From the IMG/VR virus record IMGVR_UViG_3300034071_001210, positions 43,893 through 107,892 of that record: a DNA stretch of 64,000 nt; one strand, given 5' to 3'. Under the pieces are notes generated by a model that was not told the DNA's origin, ran no database searches, and saw only the letters and a list, made by a program, of their open reading frames with translations. How positions within the stretch are numbered: position 1 is the stretch's first letter; every line of letters begins with the position of its first letter. Positions 11,095-22,300 of the stretch are shown here, piece by piece. Position numbers and translations under genes: made by a program. The DNA is from a virus. Taxonomy: Duplodnaviria; Caudoviricetes.

Positions 11095-11532
11095 ATGGCG
11101 TACAGAACAATTTTTAATCCTAAAAATCCAAGAAAATACGCAGGAGATGTATCCAAAATTGTCTGTAGATCTATGTGGGAACGAAATGTATGTGTGTTTT
11201 GTGATGAACACTCAAGTATACTGAAATGGTCATCTGAAGAAATTGCCATACCATATATGAGTCCTATAGATAAAAAGATGCACAATTACTACCCGGATTT
11301 TTTAATACAGTTTGAAAATACAAATGGTATACAAAATTGGATGGTTGAGGTAAAACCAAAGAAGCAAACTATGTTAAAGGAAAATGCTTCTAAAAAAGAC
11401 AAGTTTACTTGGATTGTAAATAATTGTAAATGGAACGCAGCTAAAGCATATTGTGATAAGAACAATATAGTTTTTAAAATTATAACAGAAAAAGAACTTT
11501 TTTCAAATGGCAACACCACCAAATCAAACTAA
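11095..11532 (+). CDS. gp4: Head completion nuclease (gp4, TnsA-like)
   Basis: PKNPRKYAGD, RSMWE, WSSEEIAIPY, YYPDF, VEVKP. Confidence 0.93.
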   Translation: MAYRTIFNPKNPRKYAGDVSKIVCRSMWERNVCVFCDEHSSILKWSSEEIAIPYMSPIDKKMHNYYPDFLIQFENTNGIQNWMVEVKPKKQTMLKENASKKDKFTWIVNNCKWNAAKAYCDKNNIVFKIITEKELFSNGNTTKSN

Positions 11533-12094
11533 TTCAATAACAGCAATCAAAGACTTTTTTGATAGACACAGAGGATTACAAAGACCTAATAGATTTTCTA
11601 TGTCATTTAATGGACTACCACCGGCATTAAGTGGTTTAGTGCCAGCCAATGACTTTCAACCAATCGGAGTAATGATTGGTGCAAGGGCTATTGATTCTGT
11701 TGCAGATAATCTTGCAGGATACGGTTTAGGTAGAAGTGTTCCAAGATCACAAAAGTTTCCACAGGGTATTATGTTAACCTTTGCAGTAACCAATGATCAT
11801 TTTATAACAGATTTCTATGATACATGGTTTAATTTAATTTACTCTGGAGGAAGACAAAAAGGCACATATAAAACACCTTTTCAACTTTCATACTATGATG
11901 ACATAATTGCACCAACACAAATGAAGATTAATATACTTGATCCCAACGGCAACATTAATAGAATATATACATTTTTTGAAATATATCCCATTGAATGTTT
12001 ACCTTTAAAGTTAGATATGATGGAAACTAATACTTACTTAACATATCAGGTTTTGATGATGTTCCGAGATTTTACTTTTAAACCAGGTACATAA
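11507..12094 (+). CDS. Tail tube initiator / tube-like protein (gp54/gp19 family)
   Basis: GLQRPNRF, YYDD, EIYP motifs; precedes gp26. Confidence 0.65.
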   Translation: MATPPNQTNSITAIKDFFDRHRGLQRPNRFSMSFNGLPPALSGLVPANDFQPIGVMIGARAIDSVADNLAGYGLGRSVPRSQKFPQGIMLTFAVTNDHFITDFYDTWFNLIYSGGRQKGTYKTPFQLSYYDDIIAPTQMKINILDPNGNINRIYTFFEIYPIECLPLKLDMMETNTYLTYQVLMMFRDFTFKPGT

Positions 12095-12095
12095 T

Positions 12096-12758
12096 ATGGA
12101 TATACTTAATTCGTTGGAAAGTCTTTTACCAAAATATCAGACTACTCTTCCCTTTTCGAAACAAACTGTTTCGTTTGTTCCATTCCGAGTAAAGGATGCT
12201 AAAAACATCTCTATTATTTTACAGGAAGAGAATAGAAAATTAGCATTAACTAGTTTAGTTGATATTTTAAAAACTAATGTTAAAGATATTAATATTTTAG
12301 ATTTGTGTATGGCAGATGCTGAATTTCTTTTTTTACAAATAAGATCAAAGAGTGTAGATGAACAATTAAATTTGATTCATAATAAAGAAAGAATTCAAGT
12401 TTCTATTTCTGAGATATATGGAAAAAATGACATATCTTCACAAACAATAACTTTAACTAATAATGTTAATATAGTACTAGAAACACCAACTGTAAAAGAT
12501 TTATTAAAATTAAATACACTTAATAAAGAAGATGTTATTCAAGCTTGTATTAAAAAGGTTATTTTTAATGGTGAGATATTTCATGTTAGTAAATATGTAA
12601 CAGAAGAAATTAAATTAATTTTAGATAATTTACCAATGACAGTTCTTCCAAAATTTGAAGAGTTTTTAAAGACACAACCTGATTTGTTTTTAATTATAAA
12701 AACTGAAGAAGGGGATAAAGAGGTAAACGGATTTCTAACTTTTTTTACTTATCGGTAA
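12096..12758 (+). CDS. gp26: Baseplate hub assembly protein (gp26-like)
   Basis: LPKY..TLP, PFRVKD, DAEFLFLQIRSKSV. Confidence 0.85.
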   Translation: MDILNSLESLLPKYQTTLPFSKQTVSFVPFRVKDAKNISIILQEENRKLALTSLVDILKTNVKDINILDLCMADAEFLFLQIRSKSVDEQLNLIHNKERIQVSISEIYGKNDISSQTITLTNNVNIVLETPTVKDLLKLNTLNKEDVIQACIKKVIFNGEIFHVSKYVTEEIKLILDNLPMTVLPKFEEFLKTQPDLFLIIKTEEGDKEVNGFLTFFTYR

Positions 12759-12949
12759 AGTTTTTTGATTTAAAAGATTACTATGTTACAAACTTTACCC
12801 TAATAAATAATTTTAATTGGAATCTGTTTGATTTAGAAAATATGATATGGTGGGAACGCGAAGTCTATGTTAAATTGCTTGTAGATTATCAAGATCAAAA
12901 GAACCAAGAAAATATGTCACATACACCAAACATGCAAGGATTTAATTAA
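12740..12949 (+). CDS. gp51: gp51-like reading frame without an upstream start; probably reached by -1 frameshift from gp26
   Basis: Frame reads DLKDYYVTNFTLINNFNWNLFDLENMIWWEREVYVKLL; in-frame stop at 12716; slippery T TTT TTT at 12740-12746. Confidence 0.75.
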   Translation, partial: FFYLSVKFFDLKDYYVTNFTLINNFNWNLFDLENMIWWEREVYVKLLVDYQDQKNQENMSHTPNMQGFN

Positions 12950-13419
12950 TGGTAGACGATAATAATATTTCATTAGATGTAACTGCAGAACAGCAGCTAT
13001 TTGCTCCTTCTATTAAACCATCAGATCTTAGATCTGCCCAACTTGATAGTAGTATGCCTGAAGATATGGCCTTACCTGAAAGCGTTGTGTTTAAAACTAT
13101 TGTTGATCCACCTTTAATGGAATCAATTGTTTATCAAGCAACAAAAGTAGATATATCTGAAAAAACAAGTGCAGAAGTTGCTGACGTTGGAATAAAATTA
13201 CAAGTTAAATTTGATCCAGAAGCATCATATAAAAAATTAGAAGAAAATGTAGATGGTATACGAGATAGTGTAACAAGTATAGCAGACAATGCTCAGAATA
13301 AATGGATACCCAATCCAAGTCCTGCTTCAAAATTTGAAGAACGACCAACATTAGAACCAACAAATTTGATATTTGATGCTAGAGCAGAAAGATTTGCTCA
13401 GTATCCTAACTGGGCATAA
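12949..13419 (+). CDS. Hypothetical protein
   Basis: ORF overlapping the gp51 stop (TAATG). Confidence 0.65.
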   Translation: MVDDNNISLDVTAEQQLFAPSIKPSDLRSAQLDSSMPEDMALPESVVFKTIVDPPLMESIVYQATKVDISEKTSAEVADVGIKLQVKFDPEASYKKLEENVDGIRDSVTSIADNAQNKWIPNPSPASKFEERPTLEPTNLIFDARAERFAQYPNWA

Positions 13420-13443
13420 AAAAAGCCCCTTACGGGGCTTTTC
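13418..13443. terminator. Bidirectional intrinsic terminator
   Basis: AAAAAAAGCCCC-TTAC-GGGGCTTTT between convergent genes. Confidence 0.8.
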
Positions 13444-14301
13444 TCAATCATTCTCCATTTCGGAGAAGTACTTTAGAGGATCCTTTTCCTCAATGTCTTC
13501 ACGGACTACAGTATCCGTGACATCATCTTCAATACTCTTAGAATCGGTAAACTGAGCACGAATATCGTCTCCGGTTGCCTTCTTGAGTCGAGCCTTGAGT
13601 TCATCATAACTCTTGAACTGACTCTTGTCAGTAAACTCCTTGAGAGCATATTGCTTCTTCCAAAGTTCCTCTAACTTCTTATCATCTCCACCAAGGAGAG
13701 GAGCAGGAGCAGCAAACTCTGAACGATCATAGTTCACATATCCACCAACATTGCGAATCTTGATCTTGAAGTCTGCACCAGTCCAAAAGTTAAATGGATC
13801 AACAGCAGTTTCATCCTGATACTCTGGGTGAGCAAGCCCCTGAATCTTCTGGAAGATCTTAGTACCATACTGATAAAGAAAAACCTTTCCCTTATTCTCT
13901 GGGTTTGCAGGATCTTCCAGAACAAGAATGTTAGAGATGTAAGTCAACTTACGTTTACGGTTTCTTGCAATGTTCTTGTCATCCTCAATTCCACTATTCC
14001 ATAGTTCCGTGTTTGCTTCACAAACTGGGCACTTCTCTCCAAGAGTAGTTGGGCAGTTTTCAAACAACCATCCACCCTTGCCCTTGAAGGCATGACTGTA
14101 AACTGAAACAAAGGGAGTATCTTCTCCTGCAATCTCAGGAAGGAATCGAATTACTGCATAACCGTTTCCAGCCTTGTCGATACCAGGCTTCCAAATACGG
14201 TCATCTTTGTAACTCTCCTTTGACGTGAGCTTATCCATACGCTCGGTTAGGGATGCGACTGAGTTCTTACTCTTCTTCTTAAAATCTGAAAAATTTGCCA
14301 T
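13444..14301 (-). CDS. gp32: Single-stranded DNA-binding protein
   Basis: DDRIWKP, GNGYAVIRFLP, ENCPTTLGEKCPVCE, DPFNFWTGADFKIKIR, NYDRSEF. Confidence 0.97.
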   Translation of the reverse strand: MANFSDFKKKSKNSVASLTERMDKLTSKESYKDDRIWKPGIDKAGNGYAVIRFLPEIAGEDTPFVSVYSHAFKGKGGWLFENCPTTLGEKCPVCEANTELWNSGIEDDKNIARNRKRKLTYISNILVLEDPANPENKGKVFLYQYGTKIFQKIQGLAHPEYQDETAVDPFNFWTGADFKIKIRNVGGYVNYDRSEFAAPAPLLGGDDKKLEELWKKQYALKEFTDKSQFKSYDELKARLKKATGDDIRAQFTDSKSIEDDVTDTVVREDIEEKDPLKYFSEMEND

Positions 14302-14351
14302 ATGTGTCTTTCTTTCCCCAAGGATCTACCTTGGCCTAACAGTTCTCTATC

Positions 14352-14379
14352 ACTATACACTCTGATTTAGATTAGTCAA
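14352..14379 (-). promoter_or_regulatory. Sigma70-type promoter for gp32
   Basis: TTGACT...TGTATAGT on the minus strand. Confidence 0.65.
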
Positions 14380-14605
14380 TCGGTAACTTCTTAGATTTAG
14401 ACTTTTTCATCAAATGTAAACTTTGGGCTTCTTGTTGAATTTTTTCAATAATTGGCTTGGTTAAAAGTTTACCAGAAGCACTTGGATCTAAACCCATTTC
14501 TTCTGTAATTTCTAAAACACAATCCATAAAAGTCATATTGGTCAATTTGACTCTTGATATTACCTTATTTGAAAATTGTTCTTTGGCAGAGTCATCTATA
14601 TACAT
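14372..14605 (-). CDS. gp33: Late promoter co-activator (gp33-like)
   Basis: FSNKVI, KLLTKPIIEKIQQEA, KKLPI; next to gp32. Confidence 0.8.
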   Translation of the reverse strand: MYIDDSAKEQFSNKVISRVKLTNMTFMDCVLEITEEMGLDPSASGKLLTKPIIEKIQQEAQSLHLMKKSKSKKLPID

Positions 14606-14689
14606 AATGTTATTATATCATGGATTTATATTAAATCCAATAAATATAAGAGTATAAATATTGGAGAACAAGGAACACAAGGATAAATT

Positions 14690-15676
14690 ATGTCATTATC
14701 ACCATATTTTGGAAGCACGTATGTTGTTATCGAAACAAGTGGAGTAACCTTTGCTGTTTCGGCTGATCCTGTATTAGTCAGTGGTATAACTAATTACACC
14801 CAAATTTATAAAATGGCATATGGTCCTACTGGATCACTTACAGTAGTAGATACGGCTACCCCCCTTCCTGTCACGGTAGCTGGTGGTATGACTGCTACAA
14901 TTTCTGGTTTCTCTGGAACAATCAATATTCAGGGTGTTGGATCAGGAACTCCAGTTCCAGTATCTGGTACTGTCAATGTTATGGGTCTTACCGCATCTCC
15001 TGTATATGTACAGACTACAACTGGTTGCAGAGTTGAAGTTACTGGTGGACGATATTTAAATAAACTTACAGACAATGTTTCTGTATTTGGTCCAAGTGGA
15101 AATACTTGGATTTATTCTAATATAGTCAATGCCAGTGGTGTTGCTATCGGAACTACTTCAAATCCGATGCAAGTAAGTTTTAGTGGTGTTACAATCACTG
15201 CAAACATTGCATCAACGATTGGTGTAACAAATGACTCTGCTGGTAATGGATTACGCATTCAAGGTATGTCCGGTGGTCTGAGTGTTGCAGTAACAGTAGG
15301 AAATACAGTTGGTATTAATGATACAGCCATTCTTGCTGGTATGACTAGTGTATATGGACAACTGGTTACTCTCAATGCACAAATATTAAGCATTGCTGGG
15401 AGTGTTCCTTCTAGTATTAAGTCAAGTAGAACAGCTCCAACTGCCGTTGTATCACAAATGGATCCAACTGGGTTTACATGCTCATATGGTATAAATCTTA
15501 AAGCTGCCGCAACTAATACAAATTTAGTTTATTTTGCAGGTAATACTGGAGTATCTTCAACAACATCATACGGATTAGATCCAGGTGAAGAAATATTTGT
15601 TAAAGTAAATAATACTAATACAATTTGGACTGTTACTGGAAGTGGTACACAAGCACTATTTTATAATGCATCGTGA
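14690..15676 (+). CDS. Putative virion structural protein (G/S/T/V-rich)
   Basis: TATAAATA late promoter at ~14653; beta-rich composition. Confidence 0.6.
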   Translation: MSLSPYFGSTYVVIETSGVTFAVSADPVLVSGITNYTQIYKMAYGPTGSLTVVDTATPLPVTVAGGMTATISGFSGTINIQGVGSGTPVPVSGTVNVMGLTASPVYVQTTTGCRVEVTGGRYLNKLTDNVSVFGPSGNTWIYSNIVNASGVAIGTTSNPMQVSFSGVTITANIASTIGVTNDSAGNGLRIQGMSGGLSVAVTVGNTVGINDTAILAGMTSVYGQLVTLNAQILSIAGSVPSSIKSSRTAPTAVVSQMDPTGFTCSYGINLKAAATNTNLVYFAGNTGVSSTTSYGLDPGEEIFVKVNNTNTIWTVTGSGTQALFYNAS

Positions 15677-15683
15677 ATAAAAA

Positions 15684-16967
15684 ATGGCAGAAACAGAATC
15701 AGCATATACATTAAATAAAGTTAGAACTTTAAAAAATTATGGTTTGTACGTTACTGGATTAACCGTAGACCCTATTTTTACAAAAGGAATTTTAAATTCC
15801 AAACCAAATATTTTAATAAGTGGTTCCACATGTACAATTGATTATTCGCATGTATATGATGTGTCTGATTCATTATATTTAAAAAGAACTTTTGGTGGAT
15901 TTTCTGGTGCAGGAGAAACATTCTCTATATCAGCATCACAATATTTTGATGAATATAACAATGTTACTACAACGTTAAGTGGAACTTGTAGGTTATCAAC
16001 TACTATTAATGATAATCATATTATTATTGCTACTATTGTTTCCGGTCTTACTGCAACAACTGATTACAATTATTATGGAAAAGATAATTTTGTAGATAGT
16101 CCACAATATACATTCACATCTACAGGAGGAACTATTGGGTATTTTTTAGTAAATTCTCTTCCAAATCTTTCTAAAATAACATTCAATAGTATGGGTATTC
16201 TTGGATCAGCATATGGTTTTGAAGAATATATTGAAATATCAGGTGGTACTTCAAATAATAGTGAACGTATTTTAATAAGTGGAACTACACAACTAAAAGA
16301 CTCTACTGAACTATTATATTTTGCGTCAGGTGGAACCTTTCAAAATTTTTCAACTACTAATACTTCAGTTGATTTATATTTGCGTGGGTATCCATCTTTG
16401 ATGACATTTCCACAACAGTCTAATGTAACCGGAATATATACGATAACTGATGCTTCAACTAAAGATTTAAGAAACTGTTATGAAAACCAAACTCTAAATC
16501 AAGCACAATTAAGAAATTCAAAAATAGCAGCTGGATACTTATCTAGTTTTGTAAATTGTAAATCATGTTATGATTTGGTGTATGGAAGTGGTATATCAAC
16601 TCCATTTAGTGTAATATCTCCCGCATTTAATAATTTAATTTATATTACAATAAGTTCACCAACATCAACTACAAATGTTGCTGCGTTAAATGTAAATGTT
16701 ACAACTTCAGTATCATCAGTAACATTAACACAACCAAGTGGTAATACAACTTTAAAAATTGATTTAAGTCATCCATCTATATTAGGATATTCGTTAGAAA
16801 CCTATAGTGATGCTGCTAGAGAAATTCCACTAGGATCATCTTATAAGAGTTATGGTGTTGCCGGATATAATGGAGCATATGCAATCATAGATTCATACGT
16901 TGTATCCACACCAATATATTGTGTATTGAGTGGACTATCTACAATATACTTTAGTATAAAAACATAA
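15684..16967 (+). CDS. Putative virion structural protein
   Basis: S/T/Y-rich; in the same late operon. Confidence 0.55.
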   Translation: MAETESAYTLNKVRTLKNYGLYVTGLTVDPIFTKGILNSKPNILISGSTCTIDYSHVYDVSDSLYLKRTFGGFSGAGETFSISASQYFDEYNNVTTTLSGTCRLSTTINDNHIIIATIVSGLTATTDYNYYGKDNFVDSPQYTFTSTGGTIGYFLVNSLPNLSKITFNSMGILGSAYGFEEYIEISGGTSNNSERILISGTTQLKDSTELLYFASGGTFQNFSTTNTSVDLYLRGYPSLMTFPQQSNVTGIYTITDASTKDLRNCYENQTLNQAQLRNSKIAAGYLSSFVNCKSCYDLVYGSGISTPFSVISPAFNNLIYITISSPTSTTNVAALNVNVTTSVSSVTLTQPSGNTTLKIDLSHPSILGYSLETYSDAAREIPLGSSYKSYGVAGYNGAYAIIDSYVVSTPIYCVLSGLSTIYFSIKT

Positions 16968-17014
16968 GACCTCCAGTAATGGAGGTCTTAGGTCTAACAA
17001 AAATTTTACAAATT

Positions 17015-17251
17015 TTACCGACTACGTGAGCGAACAACTCGGTAGTGTGCACGACCCTTAACGGTCTCACGAACTACGGTGTACTTTAGGTCCATACGAT
17101 CAAAAGCCTCGCGAAGATTGCTCATCGTTGCGCGCATATTTGCAACCTTAAAACGCTTACGGGCTTCACATGCATTCAGCGGAGTACCATTTCGCATATA
17201 ATCAAACACTCTCTGAATCTTTGTCGGACGGTCAACAGTAGTAATATCCAT
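17015..17251 (-). CDS. Small winged-HTH DNA-binding protein
   Basis: Basic 78-aa protein with HTH-like pattern; TTGACA...TATAGT promoter at ~17283-17310. Confidence 0.6.
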   Translation of the reverse strand: MDITTVDRPTKIQRVFDYMRNGTPLNACEARKRFKVANMRATMSNLREAFDRMDLKYTVVRETVKGRAHYRVVRSRSR

Positions 17252-17347
17252 AGAACTTTCCTTTCTTATAAGAAGTTACTACACTATACACTCTATATCT
17301 AACCTGTCAAGTGATTATTATAAATAATAGTGACTGAGGAGGACTTT

Positions 17348-17947
17348 ATGGAACAGACGAGTCATCAGTTTATAAAATTTGTACGTAAACAACTTGCCCA
17401 ATATGGTATGAAACTTATTATTGGACGTGGTAAATGCGTTAATGTAGACGGTTTTCGCTGTTCTGGGTGCTTTGACGAGTCTGGAAAGGCTATTCGGATA
17501 GCCAGACACTGTAATCAATTTTTACATGTGCTAGTTCATGAATATTGTCATTTTTTACAATACATCAATAGCAGTAAAGTCTATGAAAAGTCATATAAAG
17601 CATCAAATATTGTAGATGGATGGTTAAAAGGTAAAAATTATGCGGCTAAAGATGTTAAAAGGGCATTTTTTATCGTTCGTTCAATGGAAAGAGACTGTGA
17701 AAAACGAGCAGTTCGTTTAATAAATGAATTTAAATTAAAAATTGATACAAAAATGTATTCAAAACGGGCACACGTATACATCTATAGCCATTTCATGATG
17801 GAAAAATCACGAAAGTTCTACTCCTTTAAACAAGATCCATATTATAGCAAATGCGTTTTACGCATTATGCCTTCTAACATGGCTGTTTTAAGTCATGTGT
17901 CTATTCCAACAAAGGTCTATTCTGTTTTAGAATCTTTGATGAAATGA
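17348..17947 (+). CDS. HExxH metallopeptidase-like protein
   Basis: LVHEYCHFLQ and ERDCE; GAGGAGG RBS before ATG 17348. Confidence 0.6.
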   Translation: MEQTSHQFIKFVRKQLAQYGMKLIIGRGKCVNVDGFRCSGCFDESGKAIRIARHCNQFLHVLVHEYCHFLQYINSSKVYEKSYKASNIVDGWLKGKNYAAKDVKRAFFIVRSMERDCEKRAVRLINEFKLKIDTKMYSKRAHVYIYSHFMMEKSRKFYSFKQDPYYSKCVLRIMPSNMAVLSHVSIPTKVYSVLESLMK

Positions 17948-18282
17948 CTCTGAGCATATTTTGCAACAAACTTAGTAAATGGTTGTTCACCATAAGGCCA
18001 GCGATCAATAGGATCCATAAACCCATGTTGAATAAGATCATCAATGTGTTCATCCATCATTGATAGAGTTACATCATCTACATTCCATTTAAGGTCACCA
18101 TCATAATCAATCGATGGTTCATCTGCAGCATTGTGTTCTGCAACAGCAAGATCGGATATCTTTGCAAGATTTCCAAGAATTTCTAATGATTTAGCACATT
18201 GATAAAAAAGATCCTTGTTGATAGGATCTTCTTCTTTGCGTGCTAGTTTTCGGACTTCGTAAACTAGTTCTGAAATTTTCAT
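17917..18282 (-). CDS. Hypothetical protein
   Basis: ORF with RBS (AGGAG). Confidence 0.7.
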   Translation of the reverse strand: MKISELVYEVRKLARKEEDPINKDLFYQCAKSLEILGNLAKISDLAVAEHNAADEPSIDYDGDLKWNVDDVTLSMMDEHIDDLIQHGFMDPIDRWPYGEQPFTKFVAKYAQSHFIKDSKTE

Positions 18283-18290
18283 ATTAACTC

Positions 18291-18653
18291 CTAGGACAAG
18301 GTTAGTAAGTACTTGGTTTGTTGTACCAAAGCAAGCATCTCATCCCTTATATTTAACAATGCAGTTTGATCCCCACCAAGTTCTTTTGGTACTTCTTCGG
18401 TTAAATAATCTTCAAATGAACTCAACACCTGCATAGCAGTTGTTTTATATGGTCCGTTTAAAGTTAACTCATTAATATCTCTTAATTCATCCTTACCAAG
18501 CGTTCCCATATAAGTCTCGGCAAAGGTATCAAGAAGAGCATCAATGCCTGTGTAGGCAGCTCCTAGTGCTATGTGTGCGGAATATGACTTAGTTCCCCAG
18601 TGATGAAGGCGTAATTCATTTTGAAAATTTAAGATTGTTTTAATGCATGACAT
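18291..18653 (-). CDS. Ferritin/Dps-like protein (DUF5856-type)
   Basis: LHHWGTKSYSAHIALG, DTFAETYMG, LLNIRDEML..KYLLTL. Confidence 0.8.
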   Translation of the reverse strand: MSCIKTILNFQNELRLHHWGTKSYSAHIALGAAYTGIDALLDTFAETYMGTLGKDELRDINELTLNGPYKTTAMQVLSSFEDYLTEEVPKELGGDQTALLNIRDEMLALVQQTKYLLTLS

Positions 18654-18663
18654 AGTATACTAT

Positions 18664-19338
18664 TTATTCTTTCTGCTCTGTATTGATTTCTTCATCAGAT
18701 TCTTTTTTCTTAAAAAGGTCACCAACAGATTGAATAATACCTTTAACAGAATCTAATGCATCTGCTGTATTAAATCCTTCACCAACCTCTTTAGTAAATT
18801 TCTTTAAAGGACATTCAAGATCCGGCATCCACAATTTGTGTGAAAGGGCTGCTCTTGGATTTTTTGCACTACAACCACAACTAGAACACCAACCAATAGA
18901 TTCTGAATCTGGTTTAAAATTGTTTCTTCTTGGACATCCCATACACAAGGCTTTTCTTTTTTCAAAAACTTCTTCAGATACTTTACCAGTTAATAACTGA
19001 GATCCTTCAACTTTTGAATATTGTGCTGCCTTAGATAAAAAACTTTGATCAACATTATTTGGTACAGGTACAGCTGTATAAAGATTTTGTTGAGGTATTA
19101 AACTTTGCATATCTTTTATTACATTAGATTTATTGGCTGGTTCTGCAGTTTCAACTAATAGAGTTCTTACATCACATTTAGAACAATCACTTGCTGATAC
19201 ATGCTTAGATTTTAAATTACAATATGGAACACATTTTCCAGCATTTTCTACAACCCATTGAGTACAATTAATTCTATAAAAAGCTTTAGATTTATTTGTT
19301 TCACAGTAAACAATTTGTTTTAAAGAAATATTTTGCAT
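18664..19338 (-). CDS. Cys-rich hypothetical protein
   Basis: RKALCMGC, CSSCGC, KLWMPDLECP. Confidence 0.7.
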   Translation of the reverse strand: MQNISLKQIVYCETNKSKAFYRINCTQWVVENAGKCVPYCNLKSKHVSASDCSKCDVRTLLVETAEPANKSNVIKDMQSLIPQQNLYTAVPVPNNVDQSFLSKAAQYSKVEGSQLLTGKVSEEVFEKRKALCMGCPRRNNFKPDSESIGWCSSCGCSAKNPRAALSHKLWMPDLECPLKKFTKEVGEGFNTADALDSVKGIIQSVGDLFKKKESDEEINTEQKE

Positions 19339-19341
19339 ATA

Positions 19342-22300
19342 TTAATATGGACCTTGTGCGTTTATTATAATATGATTTCTACCATATGTCAATCCACTTC
19401 TTGCTGAATTTGGTTCATATGTTGTATCCCATGGACACAATTCTGTATCTCTGTTTATTTGATCAAATACAGCATCAAACTGTATATTATATTTTTCAAA
19501 TTTAACATGATAATTTGGATCCAGATTACTAACCTCTTTAAGTCGATCTATTGTAGTAGATAGTGAATTAATTGGTATATTTGCTTGAACACAATCTGCT
19601 ACTGACCATGCTACATCGCATCCGTTTGCAGTTGTGCTTCCCGTGATTCCATCTTTTGCACCACATCCCCATTCAAATTTTCCCATAATATCAGGTGGAA
19701 TTTTATAACCATCTACTGAACGTTGGTGACATAAATATTTTTTCCAATTAATCATCATATTTCTTGGAAAACCAAATCCAATACCACTTCCAGCACCTGC
19801 ACAAAATTTACATGATCCATCGTCATTATAACAACCAGTTGGTGGATCGGGTGCTGGGCAAGAACACCTTGCAGCACATCCTAACTCGCCAAGACCAGTA
19901 TACGCATTTACTTGTCCAAATGCTGTAAAATAAAATCTTTCAGAGTCCAATCCAAATCTATGTGGTATAGCGTCATTATCTGTACATGTAGCTTCATATA
20001 CCCCCTGTGGAATTGCAGGAAAACAAGTATAATTGAAATCTGCTGCGCCATATCCGTTTATTCGTGATAAATTAGTATTACATCCATAACTTGGAAATAG
20101 TTTTGGAAGATCATCGCATGGGCATTGTTGAAACCCACCAGCACCAGCACAGTATCCACCGTTACCTAAACCAATACATGGTTTACCAGGAGATGGAAAG
20201 GATCCATCCCAACATGGTTGACCTGGTTCTGGTTGTTCTGGTTCTTCTGTAGTATTTGATGCACCACACGGACAGTTTATATAACAATAACCCACTTGCG
20301 CTCTAGTTGGCCACTTATCTACAAATATTCTTGCATTTTCAAAAATATACTTTATGGGTGCAGTAGATTCATAACCACATATAGCTGCAGAACTACATAT
20401 ATAATCTTCATATTGATGAGTATATGTACCATATACATTACTTCCATCTTGGTATTGTGCTATGAGTTCTGTTTCCCTTGCAGATTCTGATTGATATATT
20501 GGCATATAAGAACTTCTATATCTTAATATACCAACATAACCTTTATGTCCACCAGCGCGTGGAACATCAGCAATCGCATCATCAAATCGTGCTCCATGTT
20601 CTTTAAAGATTGCATATACACTGTCTGGTGGTTGAATTATTTTACCACCATCGGTATCATAAATTAAAGCAGGAGAACATCCTGCACCCAAGAAAGTCCA
20701 ACATTTAGTAATACATGTTTGTACCGGTGCCGTAGGCCAAGTACCCCATTTAGGAAATTCAATCGGACATTCGGTTGGACATGCAACACTAGAACTATTG
20801 ACAATCATCAATTGTCCACCCTTTGGGTTTATATTATCTATTGGATGTGTTCTTGATCCAAATTTTTCTGCACATACTGTATATTCTTGATCATTTGGTC
20901 CAGAACAATTAGAACATCCTGTTTCATCAGTTTCAACTATTGCTCTAATAATAATTGGACCACGTTCAGCAAAAGATACACGTCCACCAACATTAGTAGA
21001 ATTTGGTCCATCTATATTAGATTGCCAACAAGAAGCAAATGGTGATTCTTCATACTCACCAAATATAACATGATCATCACATGCATCCTCGATGCTTACA
21101 ATTTTACCATCTTCATTTATTGTAGTTCCTGATGGGCAATCACAACCAAGGCTTGAAAACTGAACTTCTTCTACTTTTTGTTTTAAACTAACTCTAAATT
21201 TAGTTTCTTGTGGAGTACCTACATTAAACGTCTTTACTCTATTACATACTGTAACATCCCAATCTCTAAAAACTCTCCACACTTTTCCTGGAGCTATATC
21301 ACTATGATCTAAAGTAAATAATACTCTTAATGCACTTGTTGGTGTTTGATGAATCCATATACCATCCGCTTCTCTTCCATTAGACCACTGATATCCAGCA
21401 AGTTCTAGTGCAATAATTTCATCAGTTGCTTCATAATCCATACCAAAACACCATTCACCAAATCCTAAACCTTGTATAGATGAATCTGGGCTACAAAAAG
21501 CATTTTTGCCCATTTCAGCTGATCCGAAATCATATTGAGTTGGGACAATTACGTTTAAACTTACTTTTTTGCTTGATAAACCTAAAGTATATCCTTGAGG
21601 ACCACATGCTCCACAAAATCCAGATGGCGCACATGTATAACCAGTTCCATCACAACTACAAATAGTTGTAGTACTTGATCCTGTTGGACCCTCATATAAA
21701 TCCCACTCAGGTGTGGTGTATCTATTGAAAGGATTCATCCAACCAAAGAAATGCATATTGGCTGTACTACCATCAAACGGTATACTTCCTACAAAGTTTG
21801 GATTTGAATTTGAATATGGTGCACAATCGGCTGGAATGTCTTCCCAACCAAAAGGAGTTCCATTATCTGGGTCTAATTGAGTACATAATTGATCAGTATC
21901 TAAAAAATCAGTATTACAACAACCATCAGCATCTTGACCAAATGTACCAGAACATTTAGTTTGAACGAATGGGCATTGTCTTATCCATGGAGTGTCGGGA
22001 TATGACTCTGGATCTGCAAGAGCTTCTTCAACCTGTTCTTTAGTAAATAAGGATCCATCAAAAACTGCATTATTAGAATAACATGCTGCAGCATTTTTAT
22101 CTACATCCATATATTTTTTAAATCTATATGGCCAGGGTCCACGAGGCATACGAGCAAAATCACGTGTACATATAGCAGGAATTCCATCATCATTAAATGT
22201 ATCAAAAAATACTTCACAATTTGATAATTCTCTCCAAGGATAATTTTCATTTACATTGAATGAGTGGCAAGCATCTGGATGTGGTCTTACATTTCTAGCA

